Assembly (NCBI GenBank): GCA_035531375.1
Contig: DATKSZ010000063.1
Location: forward strand, 66,021-130,020
Reading direction: 5' to 3'
DNA length: 64,000 bases
Source: Terriglobales bacterium
GTDB taxonomy: Bacteria > Acidobacteriota > Terriglobia > Terriglobales > SCQP01
Position 1 is the first letter of the stretch. Each line of letters opens with the position of its first letter. This document shows positions 17,478 to 24,669 of this stretch, one piece after another. The position numbers and the translations under genes are program-made. The notes under the pieces were generated by a model that saw nothing but the letters and a program-made list of their open reading frames with translations, did no database searches and was not told the origin of the DNA.

Positions 17478-18112
17478 CGCGCCCCCCCGCGCAGCGGCGC
17501 CAGGGCGCGGCGCAGCTTGCGCACCCCGCGGAAGATGGTGTTTTTGGCGGCGGCGTCGCGCAGCCCGAGCGCGGCGCCGATCTCGGCGATGGAGAGGTGC
17601 TCGCCATGGCGCATCGCGAAGGCGGCGCGCTCCGCCGGGGTCAGCGCCGCCAGGGCGGCTTGGAGCTGGCGGGCGAGCTCGCCACTGAGGGCGAGGCGCT
17701 CGGGACCGGCGGCGGGGCTGGCCACCGGCGCGGCCGCCCAGGCGGGATCGGGATCATCGAGCGAGCGCTCGCCCGGACGGCGCTGGCGCAAGTGGTCGAG
17801 CGCGGCATTGATGCAGATGCGGTAGAGCCAAGTGCCGGGGTGGGAGCGGGCCTGGTAGCCGCCGCGGTGGCGGTAGGCGCGGAGGAAGGTCTCTTGCACC
17901 AAGTCTTCGGCGTCTTGGGTTCGTCCGGTCATGCGGTAGGCCAAGCGAAAGAGGCGTGGGCTGTAGGCCTGCACCCATTGGCGGAACTCCTCGGCCTGGT
18001 CCACAGCCAGCGCGGGCGCCGTCGGCGCGGCGTTGAGGTCTTCCGCCACCTGCATCATCCGAAGGCTTGGACGCGGACGGGCGTCGGCGGTTAGTTCGCC
18101 GCCGGGGCTCAT
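17474..18112 (-). CDS. ECF-type RNA polymerase sigma factor
   Basis: Region 2 is YSPRLFRLAYRMTGRTQDAEDLVQETFLRAY...GTWLYRICINAALD. Region 4 is LTPAERAAFAMRHGEHLSIAEIGAALGLRDAAAKNTIFRGVRKLR. The start is ATG 18112 (ATGA overlap with trmJ) or ATG 18058. Confidence 0.85.
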   Translation of the reverse strand: MSPGGELTADARPRPSLRMMQVAEDLNAAPTAPALAVDQAEEFRQWVQAYSPRLFRLAYRMTGRTQDAEDLVQETFLRAYRHRGGYQARSHPGTWLYRICINAALDHLRQRRPGERSLDDPDPAWAAAPVASPAAGPERLALSGELARQLQAALAALTPAERAAFAMRHGEHLSIAEIGAALGLRDAAAKNTIFRGVRKLRRALAPLRGGAR

Positions 18113-18846
18113 GGCACATTGCCGCCGGAGGGACGGCGGGCGAGGGCGTGGCGCACTTGGCGAGCCAGGCCGAGCAGGCGGGTCTCGTCCTGGGGCAGCA
18201 GGCGCCAGCGCACCAGCATTTCGCGCAGGGCGCGGGTTTGGCTGGCGCGGTGGGCGGGCAGGACGGCGCCGATCTGCTCCAGGATCGGGTACCAGGTTTG
18301 CAGCAGGCGCTCGCGCTCGGGAGCGGCGATGGAGGCCTCGGCCGGGAGCGGGGCGGCGGGGGCGCCGCGGGTCCACTCATAGGCGCACACGGCCACCGCC
18401 TGGCCCAAGTTCATCGAGGGGGCGCCGGGGACGGTGGCGATGCGGGCCAAGCGGTGGCAGTGGCTGATGTCTTCCACCGAAAGGCCGGTCTTCTCCGAAC
18501 CGAACAGCAGCGCCACCCGGGTGGCAGGGAGCGCGGCTGCCAGGAGGGACCAGTCCTCCAGCGGCAGCTCCGGAGTGCGGGCGGTGCCGGCCGTGGTGCC
18601 CACCACCCAGTCGCAGCCGGCGACGGCCTCGGGCAGGGAAACAGCGATGCGGGCGGAGCGCAGCAGGGCGGCGCCGGCGCGGGCCGAGCGAACCTCCAGC
18701 CAAGCCTTGGCGTAGGGATGGACCAACACCAGGTCGTCGAGGCCGAAGTTGGCCATGGCGCGGGCGGCGGCGCCGATGTTGAGGGGATTGCGCGGACCCA
18801 CCAGCACAATCCGGAGGGTGCGCGAGGGCGCGGAGGGTTCAACCAT
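18109..18846 (-). CDS. trmJ: SpoU-family tRNA 2'-O-methyltransferase, TrmJ-like
   Basis: LRIVLVGPRNPLNIGAAARAMANFG...LLFGSEKTGLSVEDISHCH...SMNLGQAVAVCAYE aligns by eye along the full length to TrmJ. Confidence 0.7.
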   Translation of the reverse strand: MVEPSAPSRTLRIVLVGPRNPLNIGAAARAMANFGLDDLVLVHPYAKAWLEVRSARAGAALLRSARIAVSLPEAVAGCDWVVGTTAGTARTPELPLEDWSLLAAALPATRVALLFGSEKTGLSVEDISHCHRLARIATVPGAPSMNLGQAVAVCAYEWTRGAPAAPLPAEASIAAPERERLLQTWYPILEQIGAVLPAHRASQTRALREMLVRWRLLPQDETRLLGLARQVRHALARRPSGGNVP

Positions 18847-18858
18847 GGCCTAATCATT

Positions 18859-19962
18859 TTAGGCCGCCGAGGCGGCGGGAGCGGGCGAGGCCAGGCGGCG
18901 GTAGAGGGCGAGGTAGTCGGCGGCCATGCGGTCGGCGTCAAAGTAGCGCTCGGCGCGGGCGCGGCAGGCGGCCGGGGAGAGCTCGGCGAGGCGCGGCACG
19001 GCAGCGCCCAAGGCCTCGGGATCGTCGGCCAGCCAGCCGGTCTCGCCCTGGGCGATGATCTCCGGCAGCGCGCCGCGGCGCAGCGCCAACACCGGCACGC
19101 CCGAGGCGGCGGCCTCCATCGCCACCAGCGAGCTGGTCTCCTCGATCTGGGAGGGAATCACCACCGCCGCCGCCGCCCGCAGCAGCCGCCGCTTGCCTGC
19201 GGGGCTGGGCGGCGGGAACCAGCGAATCCCGGAGTGCAACGCGGGGGCGATACGCTCGGCGAAGTAGCGCCGGTGGTCGGGAAACGGCGATACGGCGCCG
19301 ACGATCCACAAGCGGCGGCGGGCGCGGCGGGCCAGCGCGATGGCCAAATGGGGGGCCTTTTCCGGGCAGATGCGGCCCAGGAAGAGCAACGGCGCGCCGA
19401 CCGGGGCCGGGGTGAGGCGGGCAGGGAAGCGCTGCAGGTCAATGCCGTTGGCAACCACCGGGAGGCCGGGCAGGTCGGGATACTCGCGCTGCTGGAAGCG
19501 GCTGACCAGTTGGAAATGGGGCCGCAGCGGGCCGGAGGCGAACAGGGCAGGCGGATAGAGGCGGCGGGCGAGGTGGAGTGTGAACAGAAGCGGGGGCCCG
19601 GACGGCGGCGCGGGAAAGAACCAGGCGCCCTGGTCGTGGATGAGGTCCACAGCATGATCGGCCAGGAATGCGCGCACGGCTTGGCGGCAGCGGCGCAACA
19701 GGGCAGCGAGGGCGGTGGGCGTCCAGCAGGAGCGGGAAGAGGGAGCGGGGACGCCCAGTCCGGACCAGGCGATGCGGGCAACGCCGGAGAGGGAAGCGCT
19801 GCCGTCCGCGCCAATCCAGGTGGCGGCGAGCTGGGGGCGCTGGCCGAGGCGGCGGAGCAGGTGCCAAGCCACTTGCTCGGCGCCGCCGCAGGCACCTTCG
19901 CCCACCGGCGTAAGCGGATAGGTCAGCGCCAGGATGCGCTGGGGCGCAGCCCTTTGCGCCAT
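18859..19962 (-). CDS. glycosyltransferase family 4 (GT-B fold)
   Basis: The C-terminal motif is VVIPSQIEETSSLVAMEAAASGVPVLALRRGALPEII. The start was chosen at MAQRAAPQRILALTY (19962). Confidence 0.7.
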   Translation of the reverse strand: MAQRAAPQRILALTYPLTPVGEGACGGAEQVAWHLLRRLGQRPQLAATWIGADGSASLSGVARIAWSGLGVPAPSSRSCWTPTALAALLRRCRQAVRAFLADHAVDLIHDQGAWFFPAPPSGPPLLFTLHLARRLYPPALFASGPLRPHFQLVSRFQQREYPDLPGLPVVANGIDLQRFPARLTPAPVGAPLLFLGRICPEKAPHLAIALARRARRRLWIVGAVSPFPDHRRYFAERIAPALHSGIRWFPPPSPAGKRRLLRAAAAVVIPSQIEETSSLVAMEAAASGVPVLALRRGALPEIIAQGETGWLADDPEALGAAVPRLAELSPAACRARAERYFDADRMAADYLALYRRLASPAPAASAA

Positions 19963-20014
19963 CGCCGTTTTCCCCCTATACTCATGCCAAGAACCCGCCG
20001 CCCCCCACGCCCCC

Positions 20015-21418
20015 ATGAACGACCCCTACCCAGCCGTGGAAGCCTATATCCGCGATCATGCGGATCGGATGTTGGCCGAGCTGCAAGCGTTGTTGCGCAT
20101 CCCCAGCGTCAGCACGCTGCCGGCGCACCGGCCGGATATGGAGCGGGCGCGGGAGTTCTTGGCGGAGCGTCTGCGGGAGTTGGGCTTTGAGCACATCGAG
20201 CGCGTGCTGCCGGCCTCGCACCCGGAGGGCGTGCCGGTGCTCTACGCCGACTGGCTGCATGCGCCGGGAGCGCCCACCGTGCTGTTCTATGGGCACTACG
20301 ATGTGCAGCCGCCCGATCCGTTGGCGGAATGGATCTCGCCGCCGTTCGAGCCCACCGTGCGCGGGGGCAACCTCTACGCCCGCGGGGCGGCCGACGACAA
20401 GGGGCAACTGTATACCCACATCAAGGCGATGGAGGCGCTGCAGAAGGTGCAGGGGCGGCTGCCGGTGAATGTCAAATTCCTGATCGAAGGCGAGGAGGAG
20501 GTAGGCGGGGAGGCGGTGGAGGCCTTCGTGCGGGAGCAGCCGCAGAAGCTGGCGTGCGATTGCGCCGTGGTGAGCGATACGGCGATGTTCGCGCCCGGGC
20601 TGCCCTCGCTGGACGTCGGGCTGCGCGGCATGGTCTACGCCGAGGTGGAGATGCAGGGAGCCGAGCGCGACCTGCACTCCGGCCTGTACGGCGGGGCGGC
20701 GCCCAACCCCTTCGAGGCGCTGGCGCGGGTGATCGTGGGACTGAAGTCGGCCGAGGGCCGCATCCTGATTCCGGGATTCTACGACCGGGTGGAGGCGCCC
20801 AGTTCGGAAGAGCTGGCGATGTGGAAGCGGCTGCCCTTCGACGAGGAGGCCTATCGGCGGGACGAGGTACGGGCCCCGGCGCTGACTGGCGAAGCCGAGT
20901 ACTCGGTGCTGGAGCGGACTTGGGCACGGCCGACGCTGGACGTGCACGGCATGCCCGGGGGCTTCATCGGGCCGGGCTCGAAGACGGTGATTCCGGCGCG
21001 GGCGGCGGCCAAGATCAGCATGCGGCTGGTGCCCCAGCAGCGGCCGGAGGAGATCCAGCGGGCCTTCCGCGAGGCGGTGCGGGCGCTGACGCCCCAGGGA
21101 TTCCAGAGCCAGGTGAAGTTCCACAACCTGGCCGACCCGGTGAAGATCGAGACCTCGAGCCGCTACGTGCGCGCCGGGGTGGAGGCGCTGCGGCGGGTAT
21201 TTGGCGCCGATCCGGTGTTTGTGCGCTCCGGCGGCTCCATACCCATCGTGACGCTGTTCAACTCGGAGTTGCGGGCGCCGTCGGTCATGCTGGGCTTTGG
21301 CCTGCCCGACGACGGGCTGCACAGCCCCAACGAGAAGTTTGCGCTGTCGAGCTACTACGGCGGCATTGGCGCGGTGGCGGACTTCCTGCTGCGGGTGGGG
21401 GCGGCCGGGCGGGGCTGA
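20015..21418 (+). CDS. M20 family dipeptidase
   Basis: Motifs LFYGHYDVQPPDP, ARGAADDKG and IEGEEEVGG. The start is at MNDPYPAV (20015). Confidence 0.8.
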   Translation: MNDPYPAVEAYIRDHADRMLAELQALLRIPSVSTLPAHRPDMERAREFLAERLRELGFEHIERVLPASHPEGVPVLYADWLHAPGAPTVLFYGHYDVQPPDPLAEWISPPFEPTVRGGNLYARGAADDKGQLYTHIKAMEALQKVQGRLPVNVKFLIEGEEEVGGEAVEAFVREQPQKLACDCAVVSDTAMFAPGLPSLDVGLRGMVYAEVEMQGAERDLHSGLYGGAAPNPFEALARVIVGLKSAEGRILIPGFYDRVEAPSSEELAMWKRLPFDEEAYRRDEVRAPALTGEAEYSVLERTWARPTLDVHGMPGGFIGPGSKTVIPARAAAKISMRLVPQQRPEEIQRAFREAVRALTPQGFQSQVKFHNLADPVKIETSSRYVRAGVEALRRVFGADPVFVRSGGSIPIVTLFNSELRAPSVMLGFGLPDDGLHSPNEKFALSSYYGGIGAVADFLLRVGAAGRG

Positions 21419-21458
21419 GCGCCCCGCCCGGGAGGGCTCGACCCAGGCTGGAATGGCT

Positions 21459-22202
21459 CTAACGAGCCACGACCAAGTCGTTCTTGAGGCTGAAGACGCC
21501 CGGGATGCTGCGCACCTGGTTGCCGGCCAGCGCCTTGTCCACCTGCGAATCCACCACCCCCACCAGGGTGACGTGGCCGTTGCGCACCACAATGCGGATG
21601 GGGTGGGCGGGATCGTTGGCGTAGCGGGTGAAGGCGGGGTTGCCGTAGATGCGGCGGGCCGCCTCCAGCCGAATCTCGTCGTCCATGGGGGAGAGCGGTT
21701 CGACCTGGATCTTGTCCACCATGCCCTTCACGCCCTTGGTGTCGGCGATGATATCCAGGGCGGAATCGCGGTCGGGGTAGTCGCGCACCGCGCCGCCCAC
21801 GGTGACCACGCCGTTGTGCACGCCCAGGGTGAGGGCGTTGAAGGTTTGCCCCTCGAACATGCGGTCGTAGGTCAGGCGATCGGCGAGCTGGCGCTGGAGC
21901 TGGTCATCGGGCACGGTGGGCCCGGCCACGGTGAGATTGTCAATGTAGCCGTGCACGCCCTCCACCTGGCGGGCCTGGTGCACGGCGTTGAGCTTGGCGC
22001 GCATGCTGGGGACGTCGCCGGTGAGGGTGACAATGCGGTCCTCGACCTGAATCTTGACTCGGGAAAAATCGGCCTTGGGGGAAAACTGTTGATGCAGCTT
22101 GGCGGCGATCTCGCTGTCCTGGGCACTGCGGGGGGCCTGCGGGAGCGCGGCGGCTGCCAGGGCCAATGCGACCAAAGCAACGGCAATACGCATGATTGCC
22201 AC
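21459..22202 (-). CDS. BON domain-containing exported protein (OsmY-like, three BON units)
   Basis: A signal peptide followed by three repeats of the pattern V.V.V.[DN]G.VTL.G.V.S. Confidence 0.75.
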   Translation of the reverse strand: MAIMRIAVALVALALAAAALPQAPRSAQDSEIAAKLHQQFSPKADFSRVKIQVEDRIVTLTGDVPSMRAKLNAVHQARQVEGVHGYIDNLTVAGPTVPDDQLQRQLADRLTYDRMFEGQTFNALTLGVHNGVVTVGGAVRDYPDRDSALDIIADTKGVKGMVDKIQVEPLSPMDDEIRLEAARRIYGNPAFTRYANDPAHPIRIVVRNGHVTLVGVVDSQVDKALAGNQVRSIPGVFSLKNDLVVAR

Positions 22203-22256
22203 CTCTAGCCCATTGGATGGATAGAGTTGGCCTCCGGTTGCCGAATGTTGGAGGAA

Positions 22257-23537
22257 TCAGCGGGCGCGGGTGGGGTAGAGGGGGAAGGCGTGGGCGAGCT
22301 CAAGCACCTGGCGCTGGATGGTAGCCAGGGCGGCGGCGTCCTGGTGGTGGCGCAGGACGGCGGCGATCCACTGCGCAATCTGGCGCATCTCGGCCTCGCC
22401 CATGCCGCGGGTGGTGAGCGCGGGGGTGCCCAGGCGGATGCCACTGGGATTGAGCGGCGGGTTGGGATCGAAGGGGATGGCGTTCTTGTTGACGGTGATG
22501 TTGGCGGCGTGCAAGGCGTTTTCGGCGTCGCGGCCGCGCACCCCCTGGCTGGCCACGTCCACCAGCATGAGGTGGGTGTCGGTGCCGCCGGAGACGATGC
22601 GGAAGCCCTCCTGCTGCAACTGCGCCGCCAGCACGCGGGCGTTGGCCACCACGCGCGCGGCGTAGGCGCGGAACTCGGGCTGCAGGGCCTCGTGGAAACA
22701 GACCGCCTTGGCCGCCACGATGTGCACCAGCGGGCCGCCCTGGGAGCCGGGGAAGACCGACTTGTCCAGGGCGGGGCCGTGCGCCGCTTGCGCCAGGATG
22801 AGCCCGCCGCGGGGGCCGCGCAGCGTCTTGTGGGTGGTGCTGGTGACGATGTGGGCGTGGGGCACGGGGCTGGGATGCACGCCCCCGGCCACCAGGCCGG
22901 CGAAGTGGGCCATGTCCACCAGGTAGAGCGCCCCCACCTCGTCGGCAATGGCGCGCATGCGGGCGAAGTCGAGCAGCCGGGGGTAGGCGCTGCCGCCGCC
23001 GATGATCAGCTTGGGGCGCGCCTCGCGCGCCTGCTGCGCCAGCTCGTCGTAGTCAATGGTTTCGCTCCCGCGGCTGACGCCGTAGGGCACGATCTTGTAG
23101 GTCTTGCCGGAGAAGCTGAGCGGATGGCCGTGGGTGAGATGGCCGCCGTGGGCCAGGTTCAGCCCCATCAGCGTGTCGCCCGGCTGCAGCACCGCGGCGT
23201 AGGCCTCTTGGTTGGCCTGCGAGCCCGAATGCGGCTGCACGTTGGCGTATTCGGCGCCGAAGAGAGAGCGCGCGCGCTGGCGCGCCAGCTCCTCCACCTG
23301 GTCAGCGTTCTCGCAGCCGCCGTAGTAGCGCTTGCCCGGGTACCCCTCGGCGTACTTGTTGGTGAGCACCGAGCCCGCCGCCTCCAGCACCGCCTCGCTG
23401 ACGAAGTTCTCCGAGGCGATCAACTCCAGATGGTCGTGCTGGCGCTGCTCCTCCAGGCGGATGGCTTCGGCCACCTCCGGGTCCACCTCGCGCAACGGGG
23501 CCAGGAAGGAGGCGGGCAGGCGCGGGGTCGAAGTCAT
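22257..23537 (-). CDS. glyA: serine hydroxymethyltransferase
   Basis: Motifs [24 protein letters not shown] and [15 protein letters not shown] (PLP Lys). Length is 426 aa. Confidence 0.95.
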   Translation of the reverse strand: MTSTPRLPASFLAPLREVDPEVAEAIRLEEQRQHDHLELIASENFVSEAVLEAAGSVLTNKYAEGYPGKRYYGGCENADQVEELARQRARSLFGAEYANVQPHSGSQANQEAYAAVLQPGDTLMGLNLAHGGHLTHGHPLSFSGKTYKIVPYGVSRGSETIDYDELAQQAREARPKLIIGGGSAYPRLLDFARMRAIADEVGALYLVDMAHFAGLVAGGVHPSPVPHAHIVTSTTHKTLRGPRGGLILAQAAHGPALDKSVFPGSQGGPLVHIVAAKAVCFHEALQPEFRAYAARVVANARVLAAQLQQEGFRIVSGGTDTHLMLVDVASQGVRGRDAENALHAANITVNKNAIPFDPNPPLNPSGIRLGTPALTTRGMGEAEMRQIAQWIAAVLRHHQDAAALATIQRQVLELAHAFPLYPTRAR

Positions 23538-23559
23538 CGTACGATTCTACCGTCAGCAC

Positions 23560-23596
23560 AAAAAAATCGCCGGAAGACTGTTTCCAATCTTCCGGC
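23560..23596 (-). terminator. canonical intrinsic terminator on minus strand, 20 nt upstream of the glyA ATG
   Basis: The minus strand reads GCCGGAAGA-ttggaaacag-TCTTCCGGC-ga-TTTTTTT: a 9-bp perfect stem, a 10-nt loop and a 7-T run. Confidence 0.7.
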
Positions 23597-23639
23597 CAGT
23601 GGTCGTGGCCTCCTTGCGGAGGCACGGTCAAGTGTGTGG

Positions 23640-23720
23640 ATGAACCAAGCTTATCGCGATTCGGTTCTGAAAACAGAAAATCTTTTGTTTATTTTTATTA
23701 AAATTGAAAACGCCACTTTC
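23640..23720 (-). promoter_or_regulatory. AT-rich island (about 27% GC over 70 nt, about 12% over the central 40 nt) between the CDGSH gene and glyA
   Basis: Counted directly in ...ttctgaaaacagaaaatcttttgtttatttttattaaaattgaaaa... The island contains the inverted repeat TTCTG-aaaa-CAGAA (23665-23678). The flanks are about 70% GC. Confidence 0.5.
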
Positions 23721-23733
23721 CCGGCACTACAGG

Positions 23734-23982
23734 CTAGGGGTTAGTGCCACTAGCCGCCGCCGCCTCGGCGGCCCGGATATGGGCCTCGGCGCCATCAAAC
23801 TGGGCGGCTTTGTGGCTGCCGTCGCAGAAGGGCTTGTTCTGGGAGTGGCCGCAGCGGCAGAGGGAGATGACGGGCTTGTCGGCGGGCAGGGTCATTTCCT
23901 GGCCGGCCGAATCAATCAGACGGATGGGGCCCTCGACCTTGAGGGAGCCGTTGCGGCGGATGGTGATGGTGACGTCGGGCAT
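23734..23982 (-). CDS. CDGSH iron-sulfur domain protein
   Basis: CRCGHSQNKPFCDGSH matches the C-x-C-x2-S-x3-P-x-C-D-G-S-H signature. Confidence 0.8.
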   Translation of the reverse strand: MPDVTITIRRNGSLKVEGPIRLIDSAGQEMTLPADKPVISLCRCGHSQNKPFCDGSHKAAQFDGAEAHIRAAEAAAASGTNP

Positions 23983-23988
23983 GGGGGC

Positions 23989-24360
23989 TTAGTTCTCCTG
24001 GGGGAAGGGGTGGGCGGCGGCGCGCTTGCGGGCGCGGTTGAGAAGTTGCTCCAGGCGGGCGGTGTGCTGCTCGGAGCGGTCGAGCTCGAACCGCAGTTCG
24101 GGGACGTGGCGCAACTGCAGGCGGCTGCCGAGCTCGGAGCGCAGGAAGCCGCGGGCGGCGAGCAGGCCGGCGAGGCTGCGGCGCTGCTCGGCCTCGTCGC
24201 CGGCGACGGCGACGAAGATGTGGGCGACGCGGAGGTGGGGATCGAGCGAGATCTCGGAGATGGCGGCGAGGCCGATGCGGGGATCGGCGAGCTCGCCCTC
24301 GATCATCTCGGTGAGTTCGTCGCGGATGCTTTCCGCCAGGCGTTCGGGGCGATGGGGCAT
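23989..24360 (-). CDS. rbfA: ribosome-binding factor A
   Basis: RLAESIRDELTEMI...DPRIG...ISEISLDPHLRVAHIFV...LRHVPELRFELD, positioned downstream of infB. Confidence 0.85.
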   Translation of the reverse strand: MPHRPERLAESIRDELTEMIEGELADPRIGLAAISEISLDPHLRVAHIFVAVAGDEAEQRRSLAGLLAARGFLRSELGSRLQLRHVPELRFELDRSEQHTARLEQLLNRARKRAAAHPFPQEN

Positions 24361-24370
24361 GGGCCGGTCC

Positions 24371-24661
24371 TCAGGCGACGATTTCGACCGCGCCGACCTG
24401 CACCTCCTGGCCGGGAAGCCAATGCACGGCGGCCTCGCCGGCCTGGGCGAGCAGCCCCTGCAGGTAGCCGGCGTCGGCGGCGATGGCGGCGATGCCGAGC
24501 GTGGCGCGCTGCCACAGGTCGCGCTCGGGGTCGAGTTCCGCGACGGAGACGTTGAAGCGCTGGCGGAGGCGGTCCTTGACGCTGCGCACCGCCTGGCGAC
24601 GGTCCTTGAGCGAGGCGGACTCGGGCAAAAATATCTCGAGTTGCAGCACTCCGACAGGCAT
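24371..24661 (-). CDS. DUF503 family protein
   Basis: 96 aa: MPVGVLQLEIFLPESASLKDRRQAVRSVKDRLRQRFNVSVAELD. This is the usual small gene between infB and rbfA. The rest of track ORF 24371..25771 is out-of-frame infB shadow. Confidence 0.6.
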   Translation of the reverse strand: MPVGVLQLEIFLPESASLKDRRQAVRSVKDRLRQRFNVSVAELDPERDLWQRATLGIAAIAADAGYLQGLLAQAGEAAVHWLPGQEVQVGAVEIVA

Positions 24662-24669
24662 GGCGGTCC

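Noticed and set aside
23538-23733. A known riboswitch class (ZTP/pfl, THF, glycine) or T-box upstream of glyA.
   Set aside because: I could not find the conserved cores, such as GGGUCGUGACUGGCG...CCGCCUGGGC for ZTP or the tandem glycine aptamer motifs, nor an antiterminator alternative. The region is reported only as an unclassified structured leader/terminator.
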